DNA from: Ramazzottius varieornatus
Lineage: Eukaryota > Animalia > Tardigrada
NCBI GenBank assembly: GCA_001949185.1
Contig: BDGG01000002.1
Span: 6,810,448-6,874,447 of the forward strand
DNA length: 64,000 nt
Direction: 5' to 3'
The position numbers and the translations under genes are program-made. Shown here piece by piece: positions 39,011-52,238 of this stretch (its first letter is position 1; every line of letters begins with the position of its first letter). The notes under the pieces were generated by a model. The model did no database searches. It was not told the origin of the DNA and saw only the letters and a list, made by a program, of their open reading frames with translations.

Positions 39011-40003
39011 TTAGGCTTCTTCTTCGGAGTCCGTTTCCGGTATGGAAGATCTTTGGTCCTGCAGAAACTCGAACAAGTTCCGCCCATTCGTGGAAAACCC
39101 ACTGTTAGCGAAGTCGGCTGGAATTTCGTACTGGCGCATGACGCTTGGTTGGACTGCGGTGGGTTCCCTTATGACTCGGAGTAGCTCATCTGTAGGTACC
39201 GACTCAGCACTTCGCAGTTCCTCCCATACGAAAAGACCCGGATCCGTCACTTTGTCGAACGGGTTGAAGTCCACAAGGCGAAAGTGTTCTACAGTGGTCG
39301 CGAACGTAACGATATCGAAGACGTAATCGTTAAGCGGAAACCTATGTTGAATGAACCTCTCGAAGAAACTTTTGATACGTACAGCTAGATCTTGGGAATC
39401 AACTAGATTATGAGCATAAAAGTCGGAGCAATTTCTTTGCGAAATTCCAACTAGGCGGTTATCTTTGACGAAGCAGCGATATTCCCATCCAGGACTAAAT
39501 TCCATCCACCGACGCAGTACCATTTCGTACCGGATGAACCCACGTTCACGGATGCTGTCCGACAGATCGTACTGGATCAGCGAGGAAGCTTTAAGCAGGA
39601 GCAACACGTCCGTGAGAGAAGTGCACTTGAGTTGCCTGTTGGGAAGTATCCATGAGGCGTCACGCGGAGATGTAAAGTTCAGCTTGGGAAACACTTGACC
39701 ACCGAGTTTCGCGACAGCCTTCTCGACTTTTGACTTCAAGTTGGTAACCCAGGTATAAACTTCTTCCTCCTCTTCATCCTCCGAACTCCAGTCCGGAGAT
39801 TGGACGTTTTCCTGGTTGCCATGAGCATAATTCGCGGAATCCGAAGTGTGAGAGTCCAGTCCCGCAGGAAGCTGCATTCCATCTTCCCGCAGGAAAGCCA
39901 CGACAGCGTCTTCCAGTGGGATGATCTCGCTCGGGAATGTAACATGCTTGAACTTTGGATACCACGATGAGAAACAGAAGCTGTGTAACTCGTTTGGTAT
40001 CAT
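39011..40003 (-). CDS. CDC123: Cell division cycle protein 123 (eIF2 assembly factor, D123 family), intronless
   Basis: FSSWYPKF, FPKLNFTSPRDASWI, LLLKASS, EYRCFVKDNRLVGISQR, YVFDI, LVDFNPF...TDPGLFVWEEL; ATG at 40003. Confidence 0.92.
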   Translation of the reverse strand: MIPNELHSFCFSSWYPKFKHVTFPSEIIPLEDAVVAFLREDGMQLPAGLDSHTSDSANYAHGNQENVQSPDWSSEDEEEEEVYTWVTNLKSKVEKAVAKLGGQVFPKLNFTSPRDASWILPNRQLKCTSLTDVLLLLKASSLIQYDLSDSIRERGFIRYEMVLRRWMEFSPGWEYRCFVKDNRLVGISQRNCSDFYAHNLVDSQDLAVRIKSFFERFIQHRFPLNDYVFDIVTFATTVEHFRLVDFNPFDKVTDPGLFVWEELRSAESVPTDELLRVIREPTAVQPSVMRQYEIPADFANSGFSTNGRNLFEFLQDQRSSIPETDSEEEA

Positions 40004-40710
40004 GGCTGCAGAGTGCAGAATGCTTGTGACCGGAAGTCGCACAACGGATGAAAGTCAGTCGTCTCCAGTCTTCGCGGTCATCCTCTCCCTGACTCCCCGA
40101 TTTCGCTGCGACGCTGCGTCTTCTGGCAGAGGTGGGGTGTAGGTCTGGAGGAACAAGTCGGGCCGGGAAGAAGAAATGCGCAGTGGAAGGTGGGAACGAG
40201 TGAGTCGACTGACTGGCTGACGAAATAACATCAGGCCGAGCGAAGCAAGGCCCTTCTAAGTCTGTAGATTTCAATGGACGATCAGATTCTTCGAGCTTTC
40301 AGATATCGCAAACACAGTACTGAAAAAAGACACGCCACTTGATCGGGGCGATTAAAAATTTTACTGGGGAACCGTACTGTGAGTCACAAGTAAAAGTGCT
40401 CACTCTACAATGGTTTGCCTTCTTTGCTCGGCCTTTCCAGTGGTCAGAACCACTAGCTAGTTATTACTTCGTCTGTAAATACCATGACGTAACAAACGAC
40501 TGACCGACATCTGGCGATTTTTCTCACTCCCGAATTGACGTTTCGAATCCGTTCATGACTGTGCGCACTTTGCAAAATTGTATGAAATCTTACTGCTACT
40601 TACAGTGTTCTTTTGCAGGTGAAGAGGGGAAGAAAGATCTTTCAGGTCCGGAGTAGATCGCCATTACGCCACCTGATTTCACGTAGGCTGCGCTTCGCTG
40701 CTGCCGATAA

Positions 40711-42158
40711 ATGTCGGACAAGCGATCCAGAACGATCAGCTATGCTACGAAATCTGTTCCAGGTGGGATAGCTGCATCGTGTAAGCCTGGCGGAACAACA
40801 AGGACTGCCGGAATCCCAAAGACATCAACCTCTTGGAATAGACCTTCGGTTCAAGCTGGCTGTAGGCCCACAGCTCTGTCGCAGTCTGGAGCGTCAACTT
40901 CGCAGGTGAAACAGAAACTGCCATCGCCATCAGAAGCCCCAGCCAACAAACCGTCAATTTCATCTCCAAAACCACCACCACCAGTAACTGTTTACAGGTA
41001 TAATCATGGGACATCCGTAAAACACAAAGCTCCAAAGACGCCATCTTCAATATCGGACGAACGTAACGGTGCGCCAAAAGTGATCTTCGTTCCTGCTGAT
41101 CAGTGCGTCACAACTTCGCAGGCTATCAAGACTGCGACCATTATCAAGCAAAGAGCTGCGCAGACCTCGAAGAAGCACCCAGTCAAACGATTAGCTCAAT
41201 CATCGAAGCCTGTGAACAGCAAGAAGGTGCAGAAGGCTCCAGTCAAAACGAGCAAAGCTCCTTTAAAGATGTGCAAAGCACCACTGAAGAAGACCAAAGA
41301 ATCCAAAGTTGAGGATATGCTGAACGAGGATCCAAACGTCTTTAATGTCGACAAAGTAATTAACAAGAGAGTGGAGAACGGAAAGATTTACTACCGCATT
41401 CGGTGGCAAGGGTATGTTGATCGCATGACTATCATTGCTCTAACGCTATGATAAGTTTACGTACTTTGTTTGGTATTTTGTTGCAGGTATGGACCCGAAG
41501 ACGACACATGGGAGCCGGTGGATGAGTGCAACTGTGATGAAGCGATTAGGCTATATGAAAGCACTCGCGGCGAAGTGAGCCTGCTTTCGTCCACTGGCAA
41601 GAAGTCCTCCAGTACGTATCGCTTGTGTCGTGCCTTGAACGAATTTATAAACCATATGTTCTGCTTTTGTATTGTAGAAGCTACTTCAAAGAAGTCGACG
41701 TATATCCCGAAGAAGAGAAAGTCCACGAACAAGAAAGGAAACGACGGCGGGAACCACAGCGGAAGTGGGATGAACTCAGCCAATCCTTCTGAGTCATCGG
41801 TGCCGTGGTCTGTGCTGGACCAGCGAACTCTGCGAGTCATTCCACAGCTCTTCCGAGCCCGTCTGGACGATGGCCAGCTTCCAGAAAAGATTCTGGACCG
41901 TGTCAACCCACCACTCGACAGTGATGACGGATGTCAACGATATCTCTGCGAATGGTTGGTTCTCTACTGCTCTAGCTTTTATCCCGTCGTTTGCTTTATC
42001 CCGTTTGCTTTATCCCGTTTGCTGTTTGTAGGAACGATGGAGTAACTTGCTGGCTTCCAGGAAAACTCTGTTGCAAGATTGTCCCTAAAGTGGTTTGCTC
42101 GTACATGCTGAATTCCCTTCTGAACGAGCCCGATACTATCAACTTCCTCACGAGTTAG
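40711..42158 (+). CDS. Divergent HP1-like chromodomain protein with a long basic N-terminus and chromoshadow-like C-terminus
   Basis: Chromodomain VFNVDKVINKRVENGKIYYRIRWQG|YGPEDDTWEP..CNCDEAIRLYE; basic hinge PKKRKS; shadow-like LPEKIL...YLCEW|NDG...LPGKLCCKIVPKVVCSY. Confidence 0.75.
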
Positions 42159-43632
42159 AGTTCTCGTCGTAGGAAGCGCTGTATTTTGGTGTTTTATCTG
42201 GATGTTCTCTGCGAAAGATCTTTTGTGCACCAGTGTTGTATTATTGGTTCAAATTTCAGCTTTCGCGCTTAACTTTATCAACACCGTGTCTTTTCAACTG
42301 TAAATTACGGTGCAGTACGCAAAGTACTGTGCTCCCTTGTTCTGCGATTACATCAGTTACACTACGTACGGCTTCCTCGGTTGTTTTCTCTTTGCCTTTG
42401 AGGTGTCGTGATTTAGTGTATATTCTGGAGCTCTAACTTTAAAAACGTTCCGGAAGAAGTTTCTATACAATAGTATTCCAAACTCCTATTTACTACGGAA
42501 AACCGGTCCTTCGCAATTTCCTCCAGCCCGAAAGCAGACGCCCTGTGGGACGTCATTGTCCAGCTGGAAAGCAGGTCGTTTTTCGAAGCTGTCTGGACTC
42601 GTGCCATGATTTCTTGGTTCGAGCAACATGAACGTCGGGTCCCGTGCCATGTCTCACGGACCATCAGCTCTTCGGCTAGCCTTGTCAAAGGCGTCGTCGG
42701 TCCGACTTCTGATAAGAACCTCCCAGTCCTGGTCAAGCTGGATTAGGGAATGAGCCGATCGAGCGAAAACTGCTAGCATTAGGAGAACCGGAGATGCAAC
42801 ACGAAATCAAAACCCGTTTCCGAAATCAAATGTGTTTTCCGCGGCGCAACCACCCGAAACGTTTCTCGACTCTCTAAGGCCCACGTGTACAAGGGTGACC
42901 TGGTGCAGGGTGCCCTTGGGTCTCGGCCCGGGTTCGGACTTTGGACAATCTCCCCCAGATAGCCAGAGCAGAATGACCTTAATGGTATTCATCTGATGGA
43001 TCAGCAAACCGCAGTCCGATCTCCGCAGTTCTTCCCGGATTCTGGATGCCCGCCCGCCGGAAACGTCTGTCAGTCTTTATCTTTTACAGTTCTACAACTT
43101 CACTTCTACCAGAATCTGATTGGTACTTTGAAGTGCCCAGTTGTTTCGACAAACAGCCTCTTGTTGGCGCATCACATCTATTTTTGTCTTGATTTACGCT
43201 AGGTTTGTGGACTAAAATACCGGAATCTCTACCGTTATTGCGTCCTCCACGACGCGAGAAAGTTGTTGACTTCGATCCTGCACAGCCAACTCGCACGATG
43301 TGGGCTTGGTCTTTTAGCGCTTAGTGGAGTCTCCAAGTCATTCGCAACGAGGCATCTTGTGGGCACGACCGTTCGAACGTACGTGTCTGCTTTCCATATA
43401 CTTTACGACTGTTGATGTCAAATAATGTGGCTTTTTTACGAACGCTGTATGACAATCTCGCCACCTAGCGTAGTCGATCTTCCATCCTGGCAAACAAGGC
43501 TATAGCCTAGCAAAAGTTTCCTTGTGGTTCGACTTTGCTTCATATTGTTTACGTTTTTTGTTGACAGGTACGGACTATAATCACGACACATCTTCCTGCA
43601 TTGCACCGATTTTATACTACTACTGCTCAAGG

Positions 43633-46600
43633 ATGGCGGCTTCAATGAATGGACCAAAACCATGTGCGAGATGCGAAGGCAAAGTGTATCCATTGGAACA
43701 GGTTAGCAAAATTTCTTCTAATAGCAATGGTGCTGCGCACAGATATGTGAATGCACCATTGCTGTGTTTACGTGAATGATATACGACTTACATGTCTTCT
43801 TTGTTTTTCTTGCAGCTCAAATGTTTGGACAAGGTGAGCCACTGTACAATAGCTCCGTAGAGCAAAGTTGTTCAAGACAGTGGGTTTTGAATAAGCTGAT
43901 CGAAATCCTCAAACATTCTAATGCACTGTAATGCGGTGCGCTAACTGGGACAAGGGGTGGAATGGGTCTCTCTAAACCAACGTATTCTTCCCCAGCTGGT
44001 GCAAGTTCAGCTTGCGATCCCTGAGGGATCATAGGCTGAACTTCAGTCAAGTCTTTCGGTTCTAATGTCCTGCTGCATGCTGGAGGTCCTACTGAAGCCT
44101 GCATGATTTGTTGGATTGAAACTAGGTGGGCACTGAGCACCTGAGACACGAGTGAGTCTTCGCCATGGTCCGCTCGTAAAAGATAAAACACTTACGTTGT
44201 TAAGATATCAACCTGGTGAGGTTTACGACAAGCAGGCTGCACAGCTGAACAAGTTGGTGGAATGCCGCACACCTACGCATCCAAGAGAAACTATCGCGTA
44301 TGATGGAACAATAGGTTGCAAAACACGACGGCTATCGAAATCTCTTTATTACTCTGGGAAAGTCTCGATATCTTTCCACTAGAGCTAGTATCTGGGATGG
44401 TTTAATGCTTATTTCAGCAATAGGACACTGTGGAATTTTTCCAGTCTTCTGCAAATCAATTTTGATATTTTTTTGGAGCCAACAAACTTGTTGGGACCAA
44501 TCAGGAGCCTGAACAGGGCACTAAGTCAATCACGGGAATCTTTCCCAGCAATTTGAGACTGTGAGTCAGAGTCTCAAGCTTTGGGCTAAGTTGTCAACAT
44601 TGCAGTTTCCGGCAGGTCTTGTCTGTCGTACAGAAGGGATTACAAGGATGTATTCATGCTGATCGCAGCCATCGTAAGTCAAGTTGGTGCACAGCTTACT
44701 TACAGTATCGCTATCATAACTTTATATGGCTATGCTGTTCAAGGCGAGTGAGCTCAAGCAGAGCCTTTCGTCGTCGACGATGACAAAGTTCTTCGTTTGG
44801 AAGGAGCATTAAGCAAACATAGACCTCACTGTATGGTGGGGTGTGCGCGTGGGTTGCGACTTGCGACGACGGAAGGCCTAGTGAGGAAATGCGTCATTCC
44901 GCCCTTCCTCCGCTGCCAGACGCACCACCGCTTCTCCGCTCGGATAAGCTTTTTGACGTATTCCGATAATGGCAAAAAATACCTCCGCAGACTCGTGAAA
45001 AACACCACAGACAAAGAGTACGACCCTGGCGAGGTTCTCCGGACCTCGTGGTCGCCCTAAGGACCTTTCTGGTCAAAAGACCCCAAAACAAGGAGGTTAT
45101 GCACCGCATTGTTATGTAGGACATTTGCTTCAGACGAATAGTTAAATCAGTTATGAGGTTCGACTGGTGGGTTCTTCTCTGAACGGCGTCAATGGCGAGA
45201 CCGGAAGATGTTATGTTTTATTTTTACAGATATGGCACAAAGGATGCTTCAAATGCAGCAACCCGGAATGCGGAATGGCATTGTCCATGAAAAACTACAA
45301 GGGATACGACAAGTTTCCATACTGCGACGCGTAAGTAAAAGCATAACGAAACAGAAGTCGTAGAAAATTCATGGAAGCGAGGGAACTAGTGTAAATAAAC
45401 CAAATTACGTATAGGTCCATAACTTCATTTGATATCACATTTTCGGCAAGGCACGTCTGGAGGCGGCGCAGTTTCATTACACAAAAAACTAGATCAGAAA
45501 GTGTTATCCTCTAATGGAAGCAGCCGGCTAATATTTCTCCCCCCTCCCCATCAAAGTTAAGGCTACTCCGTGGACCATGTTCCATTGACCATCTGGCCAT
45601 GTTTGCATTGGCCATCTTGATGCCACCATTTCATCATGTCGACATAGATTTGATGGAAAGACGTCGAGGGTTCTGCAGCAATCTCGTTTATTCTACGGCA
45701 TAGTTCACACAAGCTGTGGCTATACACTCCGCGTCTCTCCACTCGCCAATGTTCCTTCCACTGAAAGTACTCGTTGTAGGCACCAGGTGTGGCTTCCAGG
45801 TAAAACAGATAATCAGCCAGGTCTTTGGGCGTTGTGAAGTCCCGAGCATCGATGTAGGAGTTTGAGGGAGCGTTAATGGCGGTGTAGTTACCTCCGCCGA
45901 TGACGATGGGTACCACGTCGTTTTGCAGGGCGCCGAAGAACTTTTCGGTGATGTAATCTTTGCAGACCGAGGACTCGAAAGACAGGTAGAACTTGTAGTG
46001 GTCGCGAAGCAGAGTATTGCAGTTGGGTGTTGTAGCATTCGGACACTTCATCGTTCCGCAGTCGCCATAAATGTCCACAGGGATGTGCTTCTGAAGCTCC
46101 TTAACGTATTCCAGTCTCCCAGACTTCGCTCTGCAGTTGCTGACGAACCATGCAACCTGGAGAAAAATGGCCGTAAAATAATGGAAGCAACAAAGCTTTT
46201 AAAGTTTTTCCTGAAGGTTTCTCTGGCGAACGAAATAAGCAAGATTGCATGTATCTGCATACATTATGTCAGATGAGTACTGTAGTACGCGTGTATGCAG
46301 GTGCATGAGAACTCACAGCTGATCCTGGATGCCGAAAAACAGCCTTACCATGTATTTTTTCGATTCACCAAAGTCTTTGTAGATCTGAGGGTCCTCATCG
46401 GCATAGAAGGGTCTAAGCTTTCCATACCCAATGGGAACATCCGAGTCCAGGCGATATGTCATGGTTAAATTAAACTGTCCATTAAGGCGACCAAACCATG
46501 CCCTGTCTCGGTTCTCTGTCATTATTTGTGCTGGTTCCAGCATGTAGAAGACCCACAGTTGGCTTCGGTTGCGTCTGTAATCATGAGAGGGAAATGATGA

Positions 46601-49600
46601 CATGTTACAACATCCACTTCGTTAGAAGGGCATTAGCAAACCTCCTGGGAAAGAAGTGCCCCAAGTCATTGAGACGACGAAGATAAAATGCATTGACGAC
46701 GACGACATCGGCCAGCTGCCATCCAGCTATAACATATGAGCAAATCAGAGTTATTTTCACAAATTATCAGAGAATAAGGAGAAAACAACTTCTGGTCGTA
46801 ATAATGCAAGCCGACAAATAAAAGGAGGATTTCCCTCACATACCTGCATACATATGTTCATAGTAACTACGAGATACTGTATGCAGGTACGTGAAACTGT
46901 GCGTCGTTTTGATGGCCGGAATCGCAGCTTTGCCAAAGAGTTATTTTTCAACAAAAAAGTCGTTTTCTTACCGGTGTCGCTTGTAATTTCGCAGTTGCAT
47001 CCAGCAGAGACGGCTTGCAAGCTAGACCGAGGAAGTTCCTTTTTGAGACGGTACGGTTTGACGTCCATGAAAGGCGTTCTGCGATCCCAGATGAGAATTA
47101 GTTTGGGCGGTGGCGGTGACGACATCGAATGAAACATTTGATCAAAGGGGCGGGACCGAACAAGGAAGAAGATGAGGATGAACACAGCAGTGAGGAACAG
47201 GACAAACCATAGGCAACTTCGGTCGCGACGCTGCATCTTGGCCATTGTCGTGTGCTGATCCAGGTCTCCGTAGGACTGCTGCATCAGATAGTTGTCAATA
47301 TCGTCCTCGTTATCGGCTTCATTGCCCCGATGTTCGAGCCGATAGCGTTTATTGGATCGTACTGGAATGTTATCCAGATCGACGATCATTCTGCCGTATG
47401 CAAAATGGATTTTTCCGACGTTGGTTAGGACAGTGGACTCTCGTCGATTGATCGCTGATTATTGGCCGACGTCAGCGAGTTAGCATCAAGTATAGAGTGC
47501 AGAAAGGCTCTTTTGTCCATTCGGTCGGGGATAACTAATTCCGCGGTGTTGTTGAATACTAATATCCTTGGAAGGGACGAAGAGGCACTGTGTGGCTATA
47601 GGCCGTAGTTAGCAGACTGGAACGGATGTGGAGCAGAGCGAAAAGCGGAAATATTAGCCTTTGCCGTCTCTTCCTTGAATTTCTTCTTTCTCCGTGTCGT
47701 CTTTCAGTAAATCGTTCAGCGTCATCCAACAGGAAAGTTCTGCGATGAAACACCGCAGAGTTAGAACAGGGAATAATCTTTTTAAGGAACTCTGTTATAA
47801 CGGAAACACGAAGGTTCTTGCATTGGTGCCTCCTCGAGTCCACGTGGCTTCCCCCTGTTTTGCGTTAGCATGGAGGGGAAGCGTGTATACATCATTGGTT
47901 GTCAGTGATTATTCTATTCAACTTGGAACTTTTTGTGATCGTTTGAATCAGCTGCCGCGCGGTTTCGATCTTTGAGTACGAATCGAAGTCAATCAATATT
48001 CACAAACTGGCTTACCTTTGAATGGGAGGCTTCCCGGCCCAGACCCTCGAAATTCTTCCAGCTTCAGTGGACCGTTGTTGGATGCTATCTTTTAGGCTTA
48101 CCCAGCTGATTTCGGTAGTGAAGCTTGGTCGAGCATAACAGGAAATTGCTGCTTCAGGCTAATATTCAGCGGCAGATGATCCAGAAAGCAATGTTGACGT
48201 AAAGTGCGTCTATTCACGGCTTCGTAGACGCGCCGGAATAGCCTGACGAGGACAATTACAAGCAACGCAATCGTGTTAGATCAACTCTCCTCCAGAACTC
48301 CGAACTTGTCCGTATGTGCATACAGCTGCTCCGCTTTCAACTCCGCTCTTTCGAGTACACTAAAACGACTGCGCCAGTGGCTGTAGGTACTAACTTAGGT
48401 AGAGACCGTAGAGTACAGTGTATTGTAATGAAGGATGTACGAGTCGCTCTTCAACTTGCTTGTCGCTCGCCCACGGCCCGGCCTGCTGAATCCGTGTTAA
48501 GCATAGTGACTGTAATGCCATGTTGTACGACGGATGTTTCGAGTGCTGAGCCGAAACTTGCCAAAGTTCCCAAACAAGTTTTATGTTTGTGTGCTCATAT
48601 GGCACCTGCCGGACTAAGCAGTCTATGCTAAAGGCGCCATCTGCAGCTTCCATCAGAAAAAGTCTTAAAAGTCAAAGTCCACAGCTGGAAGTACGCACCG
48701 TAGTTTTTATTACACTTTTCACTTTCTTGTTTGCATGTCCTTTTCTTTTGTAGACATGTCCCGAAACCTGGCTTCACGACCATCGTGGACACTCCTGAAA
48801 ACAAGCGTCTGGCTGACAATACGGCGAAGCAGAGTGGGGTAAGTTTTCCTTTGTTGTTACTGATAGCCTTTGATATTGCTTTCAAACATTGGGTACTATT
48901 TCTTTTGCGCAGATTGCATATCACTCGGACTTCGAAAAGTCCAAGGGTAAATTTACGACGGTCGCCGATGACCCGGAAACGCTGCGCTTGATGCAGAATG
49001 CCAACACGGTGTCGAACATTGGCTATCATGGCATTATGGACCACAAGAACCAGATGGAGGCGTCGCGCCAGCCGTACGGAGATGGCCAAGATCCCTCCCA
49101 ACAACAGCAAAACTACATCGCGCCGTACCAGTCCACCCAGCCAGCCGAAGAGCCCAGGTCCACTATCGAGTATCAGCCAGCCGCGACTCCGAGCCAGTGG
49201 AAGAAAGGCTTCCCACCGAACCAGCCACCGCGTAAGAGTGACTCCTTATCTGGACGAAACTAATTAACTATAGAGCGCACTGTCCAGAATGGTAAAAATT
49301 GAATGGTGTATGTGGAAGATCCCTGTGAGACTAACTCGGATGGTTACCCTTGCAGTGTCGGCTTCGAATGTCTCACCCAGTAATAGTCTGAGTCGTGAGT
49401 CTTCCCATCGTGAACACTCGCAAAATGGCACGAGCTCCTTAACCCGATACCATAACGATTTGCAACTCAGTGTGGGAAACATGCTTGCCAAAGGTCCCAG
49501 CTCAAGCTCTAGTGCTCGCGCTACCGTCCCCGCTTCTTCTAAGTCTAGTGATTACAGGACACCGTCCCATCTTATGTCCAGTATGTCCCCACTTTACCCG

Positions 49601-51696
49601 GAATTAGTGTAACCAGTTACTATGTGAACAGTCTAGACACTCTTGGTTTAACGCTTCTTATCATGTCTAGCTCCACCCACGGAAAGACCGAAGGTTGGTT
49701 CGTTAGCTGATTATGATCCCTTGGGGGAAAATCGAGGTCAGCCCAGCCAACAACCATCGTCCGGTGGATATCAGCCACCCCAGGGTTAGTGTGTGTGAAA
49801 TTCCCACAACGTTCTAGTATCTGTATAGTTTTGGTGGTGGAGTATTTCTTTTAATACTTTAGAACTCTCATGTTGAGTTTGCGATGACATTTTTCGAACA
49901 CGATGTTATATTCTAGTCTTTTCAGGTCAGTCTCAGCAACAGCAAAGACCCCAACAAGCTGCTCAGCCTCCACCATACCAACAACCACAACAACAGCAAG
50001 GAGCCGCTATGCAGCGCCAGACGTCGTACGGTGGACAGCCCGGCGCCGGTGCGGCTCCTGCCTACGGTCAGCACCAAGGCGCTGGAGCCGCTGCCGGTGG
50101 GTTTAAGCCTCAGCAGCAATCCCAGCCAGCTTTCGGTGGTGTAGCCTACGGCCAACAGAGCCAGCCATCGAACTCGTATGGCCAGTCTCCACAAGCCGCA
50201 TCAGCGTACGGCCAGTCTCCTCAGTCCGGGGCGTACGGTCAATCACCACAAGCCGCAGCGTACGGCCAGCCGCAACAGGGTCCGCGGCCTTCTTTCCAGA
50301 CACAAGTGTCTGGACCTAAGCCTTACAGCCCCCAGCCACAGTCAACAAGTGCTTTTTCGGGTCCTAAGCCTTATAGCCCTCAGTCGGCCGGACCTCAGCC
50401 TTACTCGCCCGGGCAGCAGTCTTATGGTCAGAGCCCACAGCAGCCTTCGTCGTATGGTCAGCCTTCATTTGCTCAATCAGGTTACGATTCCCGAAGCCAA
50501 AAAGATAAATAAGTTGTTTTTTAAACATCGCGCACATATTCATGCTATTCGCTGGAAGCGTGCGCTCCTTGGAAAACTCGGCAAGATTGTTTTTATAAGT
50601 GGCGCACGTGATCTTCTGTAGTGGCGGAAAGGTGCGCCACTGGGGAAAACAGTCTTGTCGGGGTTGTTGGCCGAGATCCCACATTATAATATATTTTGAA
50701 GATGACAATTGTATGTCTAAATCTAAGACAAACTTTATGATTTTAGGAACGTCTTCCTATCCACAACAACAACAACAGCATCAACAGTCACATCAGCAGC
50801 AGCAGTCGAAGCAGTTCACCGGAACAAATGCATTCTCAGCTGCCTATGGAGATGCAGGACAGCATCCGTTACACAGCGGTGGACCCCAGCCTCTGCACAG
50901 TCAGGCTCAGGGTTCTTCGAGCATGTATGGTCAGCAGCAGGCACCGCAAAGCAACACCTACCAGCCAGCGTCGCAGAGCAGTGCGTATCAACCAGTAGCC
51001 GGTGGTCCAGCATCGCAGTTTAGTCGCCAGCCGCAGCAACAGCAGAATCAGCCATATTCAAGTCCTGCTCAAGGAGCAACTAGCTGGCCTCCGAAGCAAG
51101 GACAGAGCAACCAGCAGGACTCGAAGGCCCCACCTCCGTGGCTTCAGCAACAGGGTGGTCATTCGACAACGACGTCGCCTTCGTGGTCCCAACAGCAAGG
51201 AAACCAAACGACGCAGCAGTCGTACAGCTCACACGCTACCACTACGCAGTCCCATCAACAACAGGCTGGACGTGGTGGCCCTTCTATCCCTTCGAAATCA
51301 GCGGTACATATCCCACATCTTGTGCATGTACTCTCCCAAATTTTTTCCATTTGATCCTCTTTTCACAGAAAGAATATAAAGCCATGTATGATTATAACGC
51401 TGCTGACGTGGACGAAGGTAGGGAAGGCTGGAAAAAAATTGTAGGTGATGTTAAAGTGAAACTCAAACTGTATATTGTGATATGTTGGTAGTGTCTTTCC
51501 GGGATGGAGATGTTATCGTGAACGTGCAGCCCATTGATGCTGGATGGATGATCGGAACAGTGAAGCGGACAGGGCAAGTCAAAACTTTGGCTGTTGTCCC
51601 GAGTACTAGTACTCTTTTCGAGATGGGTTTTGAGGGTGTGTATTTTCTTGTAGAAAGAGCGGCATGTTGCCTTCGAACTACGTGACGCCTGTTTAG
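43633..51696 (+). CDS. Lasp: Lasp (LIM + two nebulin repeats + SH3)
   Basis: [16 protein letters not shown]|LKCLDK (18-bp exon 43816-43833)|IWHKGCFKC...PYCDA|H; nebulin repeats [11 protein letters not shown]|[25 protein letters not shown]; [10 protein letters not shown]; SH3 [14 protein letters not shown]|VSFRDGD...[18 protein letters not shown] is 43633 or 43645. Confidence 0.93.
45563..47389 (-). CDS. Alpha-1,3-fucosyltransferase (GT10), nested antisense in a Lasp intron, 4 exons
   Basis: Type II anchor [18 protein letters not shown]; [80 protein letters not shown]. Confidence 0.92.
50520..50685. repeat. Fold-back palindromic repeat family, copy 6 (double unit, Lasp intron)
   Basis: Degenerate unit at 50527-50570, then CTCGGCAAGATTGT..AAGTGGCGCACG...GGTGCGCCACT..ACAGTCTTGTCGGG..GTTGGCCGAGATCCCA. 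Confidence 0.8.
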
Positions 51697-52238
51697 AGCA
51701 TTGTGGATTGGGTACCGGTAGACTATGTTCGTGAGTATGTGCGGAGAATACTGCACATTTTCGGGCAGCGCTAGTCAGCCTTGAATCAAACCTTAGGGGA
51801 CGTAATCTTGATTTCTGATCACGAAGAGCAGCTATGAGTTGAACAGTGCATTTTCGTGTCCATGACAAAATTTTATACTAGCTCTCGGTGTGCCAAGCTC
51901 GAAATCTTTTTCGACGTTTATTCTTTTTGTGCCTAACGGTTTCTGTCTCACAAATTTTCTAGCTTTACTTCCTCATTTGAATTTTATCGTTTTTGCTCTT
52001 ATGTCTTTTATCCGAACTCAAAATATATTCAAGTACAAGCTCAGTTTTATGGTGAAGTACGACATCGTTATGCTCTTATGTTTAACGGGTTTTCGTAGTT
52101 CGCCCAATAGGTTTGTCCTCAACTACACACGTAAAGAGTAAGGCTGATTAATCTCAGTTCTATCTCGGAAAGTCCTTAGGGAACCGCGCTAGCAACGTGA
52201 GGCAGCTCATCGCGGAAACAGCTGACGTGAATCAGCTC

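Noticed and set aside
39774-40274. 166-aa ORF overlapping the CDC123 start
   Set aside because: Non-ATG start, out of frame with CDC123, no motif; probably 5'UTR
44700-45120. RNase H-like fragments in a Lasp intron
   Set aside because: Similarity too weak and fragmented to support a call
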